Below are positions 30,900-46,056 of a stretch of DNA of 64,000 bases, in pieces (position 1 is the stretch's first letter; every line of letters begins with the position of its first letter). The notes under the pieces are model-generated. The model was not told the DNA's origin. It was given only the letters and a program-made list of their open reading frames with translations, and ran no database searches. Where the stretch lies: positions 151,590,001 through 151,654,000 of the forward strand of contig OZ024740.1 in the NCBI GenBank assembly GCA_964016885.1, read 5' to 3'. This stretch comes from Eledone cirrhosa (taxonomy: Eukaryota). Both the position numbers and the translations under genes were made by a program.

Positions 30900-32552
30900 T
30901 TTATTTATCAGTCAACACCAAAAGTATATAAGTACATTTTGGATGTTTTATTCTACTGTACATTATTTTTTCTGTTCTTAGGAAATCTGAACGAAAGGCA
31001 GAGGAAAGCAAAACAATGATACAGATAAAACCAAAAGTAAAACCAAAAATAAAAAAACTTTCTTTCCTTTTCTCCACCTCTCCTCGGTTAATTCGAACTC
31101 CACTGGTGCAATGGAACTGACCATTTCTCTCGGCGTACTATTTCATGGCATCATTCCAGCCTAATAATTTATTCTTTTGGCAGAAGCCACTTCTCAAGTA
31201 ATTCCTTTTTTTCCCTTTTCCTCTTTTCCCTTTATTTTGGTGGCAAATGTTCTTTGATCCATTTTGTCAGATTGATTTTGAACTGCTCCGTTTACCAATG
31301 TACTAATTGGTGCAAATACATTTATAATTGATATATATGGCTTAGATTGAACTTGCACCATACTTCACCTTACTATATCATATTCTTGCAATGCCATTTC
31401 AGCCTTGTCAAGTCGGATGATATATAGACAAAACCACCTATGTCGGTTTCGTTTTTAATGTCTGTATTTATAATTTATTAGAGGCTCACAAGATCAACAC
31501 AATCAACTTAAATTCTGATAGATTTCTTTCCTCACTCTTAATGAATTTTATGATCTTTCCGTTACCAATGCTACTTTTATTGTGGCTGACGAGGGTGGTG
31601 GACTGCATAAATTGTTAGGGCATCTGGCGAATAGATTTGTTGTATTTTACCGACTCTTTGAATTCTGAGTTCAAATTCTGCCGATGTCAACTTTTCCATT
31701 CATCCTTCCAAGGATGGTGATTCGTACCTCAAATACAGCTACACTGCTACCAAACACCTCAACATATAGGTTGAGATATATCAAAAAGCATCAGCAATAA
31801 TAGTAATAGTACAAAACGTTTCCTTAGCACTAATAAATGCATCAACGAATCGAACTGAAAGAAGTGGCTAGAGATCTCTGTATATACTACACTGATTTAC
31901 TTGTGAAATATATATGAGAATTTAGGGTGAGAGAAAGAAGATAGTGACTCAGACATTTTGCTTCTCTTGTAACACTTCTGTAGTCCAATATAGACTTTGC
32001 CTTCTTGTGATTGTGATACTGGCTCATGTACAATATTGAGACACTGAGTATTTTATAGTGTTTCTATTATGTTTGTTGTTGTTACTATTGTTTTGCTCCT
32101 TCGGAGTCAGCTGTTATGCATCTGCCTTATGGCCAAATACATTGATGCTTGGAACGTTTGTATCTAACGCTGCATTGTATAATGTAAGTATGATACATAC
32201 AATAAGACAATAAGGTTTTAGGATCTGTGCTGGCAGAACAGAGTTATCTTCTATATACATCACATGTTTATGACGGAAGGGAGAAATGAGTCCAAGTCGA
32301 TATATATACCAGTGTGTATGTGTATGTCGAGCAGACCTATGACCCAAGGCATGTCTTCGTCATCAGAACAAAAACAAATATCAGCTGGGAAACATTGAGT
32401 TGTATGTTTATCAGAAAGTACTATCTTTCTTAACATTTCAATATCATTTAATATTTAAACTCGCCTAATCTCTTTTTGCAAACATATCGACTTTTATATC
32501 TGTATGAATACACACACGCGCATACGCGCGCGCAAACACATACATACATACA

Positions 32553-32586
<34 letters not shown>

Positions 32587-33570
32587 GAAGAACATACATA
32601 CATACATACATACATACATACATACATACATAGAAGAACATACATACATACATACATACATACATACATACATACATACATACATACATACATACATACA
32701 TACATACATACATACAGGAAAAGCTCGTTATACAGGACCCCGTTAACCCGGATATAAGATAAACAGGATGAAACTTGAGTTAACTTCTACCACCATCTTT
32801 GAGTATCAATGTTTTAGGAGCGTACAATCTAGATGTGTTTAGTGAGCGCATAAAATGATTATAAATATTTTGCTCACCAATAATGAAGTCGTGATCCTAA
32901 TGAAAAACTAATTTTTCTTTTACCTGTCATGAAATATTTTTGCCGTTGTTCTAAGATAGTTCTGAGTTTACTACGGCTATTTGCGTGATGATCTGTTTAT
33001 TATTCCCATTTAAACAGATTTCTAAGTAATACATCCATTTTTCTCAAATACACCACACTACTCTTACCTAATTCACCTACAACTGTAATTAATGAATCCC
33101 TCCTATCCCTGATTCTTTCTTTGTATATTCAGTATACCAGTTAAATAGAAATTCCGGCTTCTTATTCGCGCTGACACCTCACTTAGAATCAACACTGTTT
33201 TCGTAGCGAAAAATTGTATGTATAAATCTTTTTAAATGTTATTAACTGAAACTAAATCTATTCTTTAAGTATCATGATATAATCTGATTGCAGTTTGCTT
33301 TCATATCTAAAACTATTCACACAGAAACAAAGATTACGACAATTCAAATTAACCTAAAGTCTGTATGTTTATTTTATTATTATTACTATTATTAATTTGT
33401 AATAGAAAACCAGACTAATAGCTTCAGCACGGTAGCACATTGCAAATATGACAATAATTCCCATGCGCTACATGATAAATGTTTATTTTCCTGTAATTTT
33501 CGCTGATATTTCATTGATTAGGCAACATTTAGCCTGTATTTTACACCAGAGCTTCAAGAGAGAAAGTAAT

Positions 33571-33758
33571 TGTTTCTACTTTTGGCACAAGGCCATCAAT
33601 TACCCAGTACATTACTGGTACTTTATTTTATCGACCCCGTAAGGATGAAAGGCAAAGTTAACCTCGGCGGGATTTGAACTCAGACTGTAAAGGGAGGACG
33701 TAACTATGCTGGAAAGCATGGCGTCCGACCCTCTACCGATACTGCCAATCCACACCCG
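33571..33758 (-). mobile_element. SINE family A with 18-bp TSD
   Basis: ttcaagagagaaagtaat at 33553-33570 and 33759-33776. Confidence 0.92.
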
Positions 33759-35409
33759 TTCAAGAGAGAAAGTAATAATCTAAAAAAAGGTGAAGGAGGC
33801 AGTGTACCAACCGATGAAATGAAACCATCAAAGAAGGAGTCATATACCTAAATTAAGAGCTCCTAATTTCCCATATGTATAATGGACATAAACTACGTTG
33901 TATCGGTGACCAATATCCTGAAATTTAATTAAGGAAATTTTTGAGCGTTCTGTTGTATGATTACAAATGTCACTTATCATTTGAATTTACTGGAGGTGTG
34001 GCGGTCAGCATGACCTCGAATTTTGTATAGCATAATGCGCCAATTATCTGTTCCTTAATATTATTCCAGGAATTCTTGGTTCAATTTGCTTATCTTAAAT
34101 ACTGATTTATTTCTCGCATTTAATTCATGTTGTGCGTAAATATCAGGACGATGTTATCAAACCTTCTGCTGATAAAGAAACTAATGACTTTGATAGAGAC
34201 ACATGCTCACTCAAATGGTCAGCAATTTTCAGTATTCATGGTAAAATAACTATAAATTTCAAGCGATACTACCAGCAAAGTTGGTTAATATTTATAGCAA
34301 GTCTCTTCGTTTACAATTACTTCTTGCGTCTGGGACTCCTACATTTTCTAGGAACTTCATAACTGCCCAGTGCTTTGATGGTTCGAACCTTTGAATACTA
34401 CGTTGTTTAATCTAATTTAGATGGAAATTGTGGTCAGAGATCCTTTAGTTCAATGGATATTATACGCAGCCAGAATTTTAGAGATATGGAGTTCAAATCT
34501 TTCTAGCGGCCGCTGGACAATATTTTTCACTTAATGCGTGTATTTTATCTGATGTTCTAACCTATTATTTATAGCAATCGGTTGTGCTTAGTTAATTTCT
34601 CTGTCTAAGACCACAATTGTCGTTTAATATTATAATTAGATTGCTGAAAATCAAAAATGGAATATAGCATTCAATATACTGCCCGACAGTAAAGCAAGAA
34701 ACACACGCTTGCTACAGTATTGAATGTCACCTCAATCTCCTACATGGAAGGAGATACAACTAAATAAAATGTGCAACATGCGTGCAATTAACATAGAGCA
34801 AAATCATACGCCAACTGAAATATCAAAATACGCTCTCTCCAGTATAGGCTGCAGAACATTTGTCATACATTCTTTATATATCTTCTGTATGTGCATATAT
34901 GTCATATCTACTTCATATTAGCCCGTTTGAGAGCACCGTGTTTGTATTTTAACGTGCGCTAAGGGAACCAAGTAACTCTGAGAAGCTGGTGGTTGTAGTT
35001 GGTGGCGGCTGTAACACTGTTGACGTCTCGCCGTTACTATGAATACTAACATTATTTTTCTAAATCCAAGAAAGCTTCTAGAAAGTTTGAAAGCAGAAGC
35101 AACGGAGAAGAGTTCCAACTAGATCCTGCCAACAAAATCTCCATACGGTTTAAATACTCAAGACTCCGATATCCAAACGCGTTTCAGCAGATTCGCACCC
35201 GGGAGTCATGACCTGAATGCGGCCCGGCTACCTTAGGTTGTAAGAAGTTAAGGGCAGAAGCACTTGCTTGAGAGGGGTTTCTTCTCTGAAGTCCTTATGC
35301 TGTTCAGCTCTCCTTAGAGTTTCTTACCACTATCTTCTTTACATCTTCCCCGTGTGTGCGTATATATACTACATCTTTGAATATAGTTCTGTATATATAT
35401 ATATATATA

Positions 35410-35515
<106 letters not shown>

Positions 35516-36139
35516 TATGTATATATGTATTTATGTATGCATGTAACTAAACTAGGTAGGGAAAGAAATTGTGTCACGTCACAAATGATTAATAGTAAAG
35601 ATGACAAGAGGAACATAGGAATAGGGACAGGATTGTTAGACAGACGACAAAAATGTGTTAATATGAACAGGAAAAACAACTCCGTTATTATCAGCTGTCG
35701 AAATTGAATTAAAACTGTTAACACCTCTGTGTGCCTTTGTACCAGTCTTGTACCTTATTCATCCGTTCCTATAGATCTATCCATATCTCACAGTACATTT
35801 TACCATTTTGCCTGAGATTCTTTCCTAAAAATGCAGCGCTAAACTAAAAACCGGTATAGTGAAATATTTTCATATAACATAAATAGCTACCTATGCTACC
35901 TCTTAACTGTGATGTTCATACAAATGATGATGTGAGACAACACCAAACAATTGAAATATTCAGAAACTCGCTGTCATTTTTCACCCAAGCACATTACAAT
36001 TATAGATAACTAGATAACTTCATGCAATGCGTAGATACACATTGTGATCTACAGATGCGATAAAATTAGTAAACATGTTTACTATTTTTATGTTATAATG
36101 AAATTTTAAGCTAGGTTAACTTAATAATTACGTACGCAG

Positions 36140-36900
36140 GTCTACTCATTACTTTAATTGAAAAACATGAAGAAGAAATAGGAGAGGACATGTTGTTTCT
36201 TAGAAAATGGACTAGTCTGCGTTTCTTTCTGACACGTTGGATACTTTTGAAAGATGCATCTAATGTCGATGGGTATTCTTGAATCTAATTTCACAAAGCA
36301 ACCCATACTAGCAGAACTGCTTTGCTGCTTTGCTACTTTACAGCTTTCCTCCCATTCAGGACAATGTTCAGTAAAATGGTTCATGATTTTCTATATGTTG
36401 CTAATGCAGTTACTGAAGTAATCAATAATCAGAATTCTTTATGGTATCACTGTTTTTACATACAGGTCTTCAGGCCTATTTTAGATGCGTTGATGAACTA
36501 ACTCCTGCAGTTCTTGCAGCTTTTCTAAATTTTCTACGTTGACATTTTTGCATTATTAGTCAGCTCAACAACATTGTTGATGACATCTGGTACTATTTCG
36601 TTGTCAGATTCCTGGAAGTCATTAAAGGCATTGGAAACTAATATTCATCGTGCAATTTTCGGTAACATTATCGCAGTCTTCTTCGATATTATCCTTGGCC
36701 TTCATGATATTGTACTTTCATATAAAAAGATCCTTGGAGGATTGCTTATCTGGTTTTGTTTTTTTGTTTTTTCACAAGCTGTTTAAACGAGTGACCAAAG
36801 TTATAGGTCTTGACAATAGATAATGATCCATGGGTTGGAATAAGGATGAGGCGTTTACTGCTACGTCGACAAAATGCAGGACTCGGGGGAGTTGATATTT
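36140..36900 (-). pseudogene. Highly decayed pogo/Tigger-like transposase C-terminal part
   Basis: NASSLFQPMD then frameshift to IVKTYNFGHSFKQLV, resembling the NTTSLIQPMDQG..FK.YY motif. Confidence 0.55.
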
Positions 36901-37239
36901 TGTAGGTAGCCAAGAATTCATTAAATTGTGTTCTCCACAATATTTATTTGTTAGAAATTCTATTGTCACACAGACTTTGTTTTATATCTACATCAAAGGC
37001 AGATGCATTAATATTTCCCTCATCAATAGTACTAGCATTATGTATTTGTGTATGTACGTTGAATAATTACTCCCTCCCACATATAGACTATATAAGTTTG
37101 TATTTGTATTTATGAGGGTATATATTAATATAATATCATTCCCACGCTCTCACTTTCTCTCTCATTCTGTCTGTATCACTCTTTCAATCTCTTTCTCCAC
37201 ACACACACACACATATACATATACTTAACTTTGATAAAT

Positions 37240-37829
37240 TAATAGGTTTCGGCGAGTATTGGTCAAGGCCATGTCTAACTTAATAGCACCACTTGGCATA
37301 TATATCTATCTTGTCATGATCAAACCGCCACCCTCCTTAAAAAACGAGGGAGAGGCGGTTTTCCTATGTGTTATGGCTATGGTGAAAGAGGTTATATGGT
37401 GGACGAGGTTAAAAGGGTTGAGGTCAGACACCTTTCTCTCCGGAGAGCAACTGATTCGTTTTTTCAAATATCATTTTGGAAGAAGAATCAGGATGGAGAG
37501 AAAGGTGCTGTACCCCAGCAAATTTTATAAAAGGTGGGTGAATGTGGCAAAGATGGCCCGAGTGGTTGGGCTTTCTCTCTATATAAGCCTGTAGGTTGAG
37601 GAAAAAGAGGAAGAGAGGAAGGGAGTACTCACTCTTGGTGCTCCTGGAGATGAGGGTTGTACATTTTTTCGGGGTGTGTACAACCCCTGTGTAACACCTC
37701 CCCCCTATTGTGGATTTCAATTGTTATTTGTTATTGTATTAATAGTTTTATTTTCATATACCTGTATGTAAACTCCCCATTTGTATTTATCCCCTTCTTT
37801 TGTGCCCTTGTGGCTAATAAAGAAATTTA

Positions 37830-37830
<1 letters not shown>
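37240..37830 (+). mobile_element. 3' end of an L1/Tx1-like LINE
   Basis: KEVIWWTR...ER....F.KRW C-terminus, 3' UTR with AATAAA ending in microsatellite; clade assignment from motif recall. Confidence 0.6.
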
Positions 37831-37896
<66 letters not shown>

Positions 37897-37962
37897 AGGA
37901 AACAACAAACAGAGGTGCAAAGAGTCTTATTACTTTAACGCTTTATATTGGAAAGAAGAAAA

Positions 37963-38000
37963 GAGTTCGACGTATCAGGCTGAAGCCCTTCTTCAGGAGT
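37963..38000 (-). ncRNA. Degenerate minimal hammerhead
   Basis: Minus strand CTGAAGA-agggc-ttca-gcct-GATA-CGTC (GAAA>GATA). Confidence 0.5.
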
Positions 38001-38244
38001 ACAAATAGAGATAGGATCACAATGGAGAAACAGAAAGAGGGTCCAGTAAAAATACACGAAATAACGAAAATAAAAAGGGAGATAAGAAAACTGTTAGGTA
38101 GACTTGATAACATGTAGGAAGGCAAAGTGGGGTGTGTGTGTATTAGTATGGTTATATCTGCGAGTGTAAGTGTAAGTTTAAATGTGTGTGATTTTAAAGG
38201 TAAAATGTGTAAAGTAACAAAGGTAGGGCTATATTATATTATTG

Positions 38245-38467
38245 AGGGCTGTGAATTGGCAGTATCGGTAAAGGGTTGGACACCATGCTTTGCAGCATAG
38301 AGTTACGGCCCTTTATGGTCTGAGTTCAAATCCCGTCGAGGTTAACGTTGCCTTTCATCCTTACGGGATCGATAAAATAAAGTACCACTCACGCACTGGC
38401 ATCGATTTAATCGACTTTCTCCTTCCCTTAAAAAAATTGCTGGCCTTGTGCCTAAAGTAGAAACAAT
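38245..38467 (+). mobile_element. SINE family A (longer variant), TSD tatattatatta
   Basis: Matches 43211-43396 with an extra internal segment. Confidence 0.85.
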
Positions 38468-38716
38468 TATATTATATTACTTATTTATGTTCATACGCGG
38501 AACAAAAGTTCTACCCAAGGTTTGAAAGCCCTATATTGACCATACCTCAAGATTACATGGGACATCAAAATTGTGACCTGTGTTCAGTCACTTATACGAA
38601 TTTAACATAAATAAATATAATATTTCTGCTCTCTTCCCAATTGAACACTGTTTTCCTTTTTCCTTTTCTTACCCAAGGATATTGCAACATATCCGATATT
38701 GCTACATAACCGATAT

Positions 38717-38814
38717 TTGTTTCTACTTTAGGCACAAGGCCAGCACTTATCCAGTACATTACTGGTACTTTATTTTATCGACTCCGTAAGGATGAAAGGC
38801 AAAGTTAACCTCGA
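38717..38814 (-). mobile_element. SINE family A, 3' half
   Basis: Reverse complement of 43300-43396. Confidence 0.85.
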
Positions 38815-38861
38815 TATTGCTACATATGCAGACATACACGCTCGCACACGCACACGCACAC

Positions 38862-38970
<109 letters not shown>

Positions 38971-39268
38971 AACACACACATACATCACATACAAACATCT
39001 GTGTACTACATAGACATGTTTCATTATACATAAGTGCAAGTAGATACACCGACGTATATGCGCACGCTAGTTCATTCATCTATTTACAAATCCCTGGAAA
39101 TCTATTAGTTCAAACAAAAATGTCTTTAACTCTTTCTTAATGACCGGCTTAAATTCGACAAAGAAATGAGCTATATCTTCAACAAAGACAGCCGCACACA
39201 TGCCCATTGACACACACACAGACAGACACACACACACATGCACAAGCACACACACACACATATATAAG

Positions 39269-39311
<43 letters not shown>

Positions 39312-39317
39312 ATATAG

Positions 39318-39407
<90 letters not shown>

Positions 39408-39977
39408 GCGTATGCGTATACATTCAAAAAGATAGGATGTGAATATTCAGCGGTATATATAAAATAAAAGATAACAAAATTCTTCAAACTATGACTTTCA
39501 GAGATATTAAGACAATACAAAACCATAGTTTTCCTCAAAGAAATATTAATCATCCTCCATTATCATTGCTACCTTTGTTCATTTGTCTTTTTATTCAATA
39601 TAACAACTGTCAAATGTTAATCTTCTTTTCATATGATAATTGAGGATAATGACAGTGTTAAATAGTGAGATAAAAAGATACGACCGCAAGTCACACACTG
39701 TTTACTGTTAAATTGTGTTATCTTCATTTATTTCTGTAAAATAAAACTCCTTTATTATTTTTCCGTTTCGTAGTGGACATCGGTATGTCCTTGGATCGAT
39801 GATAAGTAAGTTAGTTTAAGGGCGAATTTCCAAGATTGAAGCAGCAATATATTGTCAAGGATTTACAAACCATGAACAAGGTGTTCCAATATAGAGGCTA
39901 CGAAAATATTCAACAACAGAAATATTTAACTTAACTTTTTAGTTACCTGTGTCTTTTCTTTTTCTCTTCTCTACTCT

Positions 39978-40068
<91 letters not shown>

Positions 40069-40967
40069 TTTATTCCTTACTTATAATGGGTTTTATATAA
40101 TCTTCGTATTGTGTCATGCTTTACGAGCTCTATACAGATGTATACATGAAAAAATAAATTCCTACCATTTTCTTTAGTAGATAATGTTACTGTAAATTCT
40201 AATTCACAATCTATTGGTGCAAGGATGGTTAGCAGAGATGGAACCGGTATGAATCTGTACGAGGCAGTAACGAACTTGTTTATCCACTAAGGTTCCCTTG
40301 CTAACAACGCCCGTAGTTTAGAAACTAAAATTGATGCTACCAAGCTGGGGAAGTATAAAGGCTTGGGGAATTTCAAAATTAGTGGCGGGCAGTTATGGTG
40401 ATTATCGACTTCCATAGGCAGACATGTGCGTCCTTAACATAGTTCCTAATGAGATTCTGTCGGAAACATTGTATGACAAATCTGGTCCTTTGCATTGCAG
40501 ATGCAATTCAATTGAAAGACATAAAACGTCCCCCAATCCGGTAATCCAACTCAGACCATACAAACGTGAGCTCAGCAATCTTGTCACGAAGCCACGCAAT
40601 CGCAGCAACATCTCAGAAAACAGCTAAAAGGAACTAGTAGGGAGGATAAAATTGGCTGATAAAATACTGACATTACGGCATCCAGTCTGAGAATATAAAA
40701 TGTTTTCTCTAAGTTTTATAGGGGCCTATGCAATCATAAGCAGACACGAACACCCTCTCTACCCGCCACCATCCTGGTCGGGATATATATCCTCTACTAG
40801 TTGCATTTTTGCGTCTTCAAATCAGAACAAAGCTCTTTCTTCGCAATTTAATCATCAACTAGATAATTATGTCTGTAGGTATCACCCCACATATGGTTGT
40901 ATGTATGTATGTATGTATGTATGTATGTATGTATGTATGTATGTATGTATGTATTTATGTAGGTATG

Positions 40968-43900
40968 TTCTTCTGGTTTTATAATTTCACAAAGTTTTAC
41001 CAATAGAGAGAGAGTCGGTTTCTAACATAGACACAAGACTCTCTCATTGGAATTTACACAACATCAACTAGGTAGATATGTATGTATGCATGTGTAGATA
41101 TGGATGTTATTGTATGTGTGGATGTGGATGTTTTGAGTTGTATGTGTGCATGTGTATATGCTTTGTATCTGTACATGTGTATATGCAGTTATTAGATGCA
41201 ACATTTTTTGAATGTTTTACATATTTTTACTGTTCCATTAATGGATTGCACTTGTAGTTTCTTAACTTGTTGTGTTCTTTCTGTTCCTGTGAAGCCTAGC
41301 TTCTCAAGATTTGTATTGAGGCAGTTACTAACATATCCCAGTTCCCCAATAATCACAGGCATAAATCTGAAGGTGTAATCAGGGTGGAGTATCTGCAGAT
41401 TTCTCATCAGTTCTGCATAAATATTCTCCTTTTCACTAATCTTTGATATTATATTGGCATCTGCTGGGCAGCTAATTTCCACTACTGTGCATGTTTTCTT
41501 CTCCCTGTCCCATATCATAATATCTGGTCTGTTATGCCTGCATTCTATTGGGATTTTTACTGGAACATTCCACCAGTACTCTTTCATATTATGTACATGG
41601 ATGTCTTCCACATTGTTTTAGCTTTTAATGTGTTTATTATCGAGGCTATCTTTTTTACGAACTGCATTGTACAGTGTTTTGGCCACTACATTATGCCTCA
41701 TAGGTAGAAAGTACCGAGATGACATCTTTGGACAGCTGCTGATGACATGGGTGATATCCTCGATGTTAGTTCTGCAGATTCTGCACTTGTTATTACATCT
41801 AGGTGTTTTGCCTGCATCCCTATCTCTTTTGTGAATCAGGTATTTCGTGCTAATCTCCTGTTTTTGGATTACAAAAGCGTATCCTTCAAAGTGGGAGCCA
41901 ATATAGCGGTTGTTGGTCCAAGATAGACTACTTTCCTTATCTATATTTCTCTCACCCTGGAGCTTCCTGGCAACATATCTATGCATGATCTTTTGCTGAA
42001 GGCATGCAGTTTTTCATCCATGGATTCACTGCGATACTGCTGAGTGACATCCCTGGGTGTGAGTTTTTGATTATCACACAGGGAATATCTCTCAAGGAGT
42101 TCCTTCCCAACTCTCATGATCTTATCTGTTTCATGCAGATAGACTTGCTCGAGAAGCAGGCTCCTACGCTTCGAGGTTCGTAGATGTTGTCGGAGAGATA
42201 TGATGCGACATTCAAATGTTGTCTGGACTGATGTTAGGCCTCTGCCTCCCTGCTTACGTTTCATGTAAAGGCGGTCTATGTCACTGTTGATGTGGAAGTT
42301 TCCGGTGTTGTTTATTATTTTTCGAGTTCCAACATCAACTGCTCGGATTTCGTCTATCGTCCAATTGAGTATTCCAAACGTTGGTGTTAGGACAGGCACA
42401 GCAAACACATTGTGAGCCACTGTTTTGTTTTGCGCAGAGAATTCCGATGACCACATCTTTCTTAATCGGGTGTAGTATTCCCTGGTTACCCGTTCTTTAT
42501 TACAAATACCATTATAGGATATATTCTCATCTATCCCCAGGTATATTCATCAGATATCGGTGAAACAGTTAGACCATTGATGACAATGTTGCTAGATTGG
42601 GTTGTTGTTTTTCACCGCTTTACAGTCATCTATGAGCATTTATCTTGGCCAAACTCCATTCCTATATCCTTTGAGAACGTTGTAACCAGGTCAAGATTTT
42701 TCTTCATCCCATCAATGTTCTTGGCATAGAGTTTCAGATGGTTCACAAAGAAGTTATGGGTTAGGTTCGTATTTCTATCCTCCTGTGAGCCTATGATGTA
42801 TCCCTCACATTTCTTGACCAGAACGGACAAGGGGTTTAATGACAAGATGAACAATATCACAGAGAGACTGTCCCCCTGAAATATACCCCTGCAATATTTT
42901 ATTTTATCAGTGAAAATAGAGTCCTCCCTCTCTGTCTTTAACCTTAGGATATTAGCCCAAGAAGAAGACAGCTTCTCTATGGCTCTGACAATAATGTCTG
43001 GGACTTTAGCAAGTTGGAGGGCCTCTATCATTTAAGAGTGGAGAACAGAATTGAAAGCTTTCTTGTAGTCCAGCCATACTGGTCATATTCCTCCTAAGTT
43101 GTCTCACCTCCGACATCGCAGTTTTGTTGATTAGGAGTTGTTCGAAACATCCCCAAACCCTTTTCTTTCCAGCTTCTTGTTCATCTGTGATGATGTTATT
43201 ATTTTCACAGGGCGGTGGATTGGCAGTATCGGTAGAGGGTCGGACGCCATGCTTTGACGCATAGACTTACGGCCCTTATCATTCTGAGTTCAAATCCCGC
43301 CGAGGTTAACTTTGACTTTCATCCTTACGGGGTCGATAAAATAAAGTACCAGTAATGTACTGGATAATTGCTGGCCTTGTGCCAAAAGTAGAAACAATTA
43401 TTTTCACAGTGATCTTGGAGGATAGGTTCAGGCAGGCTGTATACATCTTATTCATCAGGTTCTGGAATGCAATGGGTGGGTAGTTTTTTGCAAGTGGGTA
43501 CCTTTGTTCTTGGGGACCAGTAACGTTTGTGCTAATGTCAACCATTCTGATATAAGTGTATCTCCCTTAAGAACTTGTTGGTAGAGGTCAGTAAGATACC
43601 TCCGATAGAATATTAGTTTTTTGTACCAGTAGCCGACAATCATGTCTCTTCCTGGTGTTTTCTTATCTTAGAGTTTTCCTATCACAGTCTCAAGGGTACC
43701 CTCACTTATTTCGTATGTTTTTGTTGTAGTGTAGGAGCAATAGTTCTTTCGGATTTCTCTTAACCACACTGCATCTTGGTTGAAATTCTTCTTTTCACCC
43801 CATATTTTTCTCCAAAAGGAATCTATGTCTTTCTGGGACACTTATTATTTTGCCCTTCATATCTCTATAGACTGATGTTTGGTTTCGTCTGAATCTTTTA

Positions 43901-45256
43901 TTAAGCATTTTTCTCTCATCTACCTTCTTCAGGTATCGGCGTTTTTCGCTAACAGCTCTCAATTCTTGTTTGAGGGTGATCAGATTATATTGGAGAGTTC
44001 TGGTTCTACTGTTACAAAACATCATCTCTATTTTATTTATCACTCTTTGTTGGTGAGGAGTGAGGTTTTTTTGTGTTTGTTTGCATGTAAGGAGCATTGT
44101 AACATGTCCTATGTTTTTTCGTAGGTCAGCACTCTTTCTTTCTATTTTAGTTATATATGATGGTATTTTTGGTGGTGCTTTGTTCTTGTTAATATCTCTG
44201 CTATCACCAAGATAATGCTTCACTGTCATTGCTAAGGCATATAAACAGGCGTTGATTTGCCAAAATGTTGGGGTTTTTATCCGTCGTAAATATTCATCCC
44301 CTATTTCGTCAATAACACGTAGTATTTCATTATTTGGTTTTTTATTCACCATTGTCATTTTAACACGTTCAGTCAGAGAGATATTTATACATGAGTTAAT
44401 TTCTCTCTGGAAGATTTCGTTGGGGGAAATTTTCAATTGTTTATACTTTTGATTATCATTATCGATAGTATTTTCCACAACAGTCGAAGTAGACTCGGAT
44501 GGTATACGTGGTGTCACATTTATTCGATTATAATTATTATTTCTTCGATTATTATTATTATCGATAGTGTTTTCCCCAGCATTCGAGGTAGACTTAGATG
44601 GTACAGGTGGTGTCAAGTTTCTTACAGGCATAGTTGTTTCAAGGCGCTGTTCGACCTGGCTGCTAGGAAGTCTAGTAGCATGGCGATCTGTAGCACGTGT
44701 TGTTGATTCCATGTTTGTTGTGGGGGACTTATAATTAATAATATTTATCTTATTTTTACGTTCAACAAACGTCGCTTGTTGGCGTAATTGTTTCGCTGTG
44801 AAATAATTTAGCTCTGGGTGCATTTCGTCCCAGTGTAGCTTCATTCTATTCATATATCCAATGGAGGGATTGTTTTTTGTCATTTTATCACAATTAAATA
44901 AATCATTATTAAGTTCGCAACTCCAAGAGAAATGCGATTTATAATTTCGGTTTCTTCTGTAGCTACAACTGAATAAAGTTTGATTACCTTCTTTGTTATT
45001 TGTCTTCGATACTTCCTTAATTTTTTTGATGTTGTGTTCAGCCATGCTGTTTGTAGCAAATCCTCGTAAAATGAATTATGTATTTAGTCAGATATCTCTA
45101 CGAATTCGAATAAAAGGTGTCTTCAGAAGGGATAGTTAGAAGAATAACCAGTTATTCAACCTGGCTGTAGTTGTGGCATTACTGTCGGAGATAGTATTCA
45201 TCTTAAATTTAATAAATACTCTCCCACGCCAAAATATGTGGCTGATCGCGTTGTCT
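40968..45256 (-). mobile_element. Near full-length RLE-type LINE (R4/Dong-like), copy 2; disrupted ORF 45045-41192
   Basis: N-terminal W..E.N...GYMNRMKLHW motif, RT (GIFQGDSLS), CCHC knuckle, RPDIMIWD..EISCP RLE; both ends abut (CATA)n/(TATG)n; SINE inserted. Confidence 0.92.
43211..43396 (+). mobile_element. Full-length tRNA-derived SINE (family A) nested in LINE, 13-bp TSD
   Basis: A box tggcagtatcgg, B box gagttcaaatccc; attattttcacag at 43198-43210 and 43397-43409; empty site in paralog at about 20857. Confidence 0.95.
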
Positions 45257-46003
45257 TATGTATGTATGTATGTATGTATAAGTGTGTACGTGTGTATGTG
45301 TGCATATATATTTATATATATGTTCTTGTGTGTGTGTGAATCTGTATTTTGTACTTATATTTATGTATAAATACATATGTCTGTAAGACTAAATGTGTGT
45401 ATGTATATTATAATACAGGCTAAGATTTTATAACTTTTTCCATATTTTCACAGTTCAATTAATAGATTTTAAATGTAATTTTCTAATTAATCATGTCATT
45501 TCAAGTTATAGGAAACCCAAATAGTTAAGTCTGTTACCGAGGCAGTTAAATATGCACAAGGACTCGACGCGGGTGATCCGAGAATCGAACTCTCGACCTA
45601 ACAATCTTGCGCCCAGCACCTTATCACACACTACACCACGCACCTCCCCAACAAATACAATAGAAACAACACACAAAAATCAACCAGACAAACAAAAAAG
45701 AACAGAAGAACAACCCATTAAAAACAGCTAAAACAAGCAGCGAGGATAAAATTGGCAACAAACAGAGATTGCGGCATTCAGTCTCAGTGGTGTCAAAGTC
45801 CAGAAAAAAATGTCCCAACAGACTTGCTATTGATATGTAAGGAGAATGAGAGAGTAGATATTTTGGCAATAATGCAGAATTGATACATACTCAAAACATA
45901 TGTTTGCTTGTTCTTATATGTAAACACACGCACACACATACGCTCATAAATAACCATCTCCATAGAGAGCGATATAGATATGCATGCGTATCACACAAAC
46001 ACA

Positions 46004-46056
<53 letters not shown>

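Noticed and set aside
31050-31560. Faint LINE C-terminus similarity on the minus strand (RLKWH)
   Set aside because: Too degraded to support a call
43211-43300. tRNA gene-like A/B boxes (here and in other copies)
   Set aside because: No cloverleaf; they are SINE heads with body, tail and TSDs
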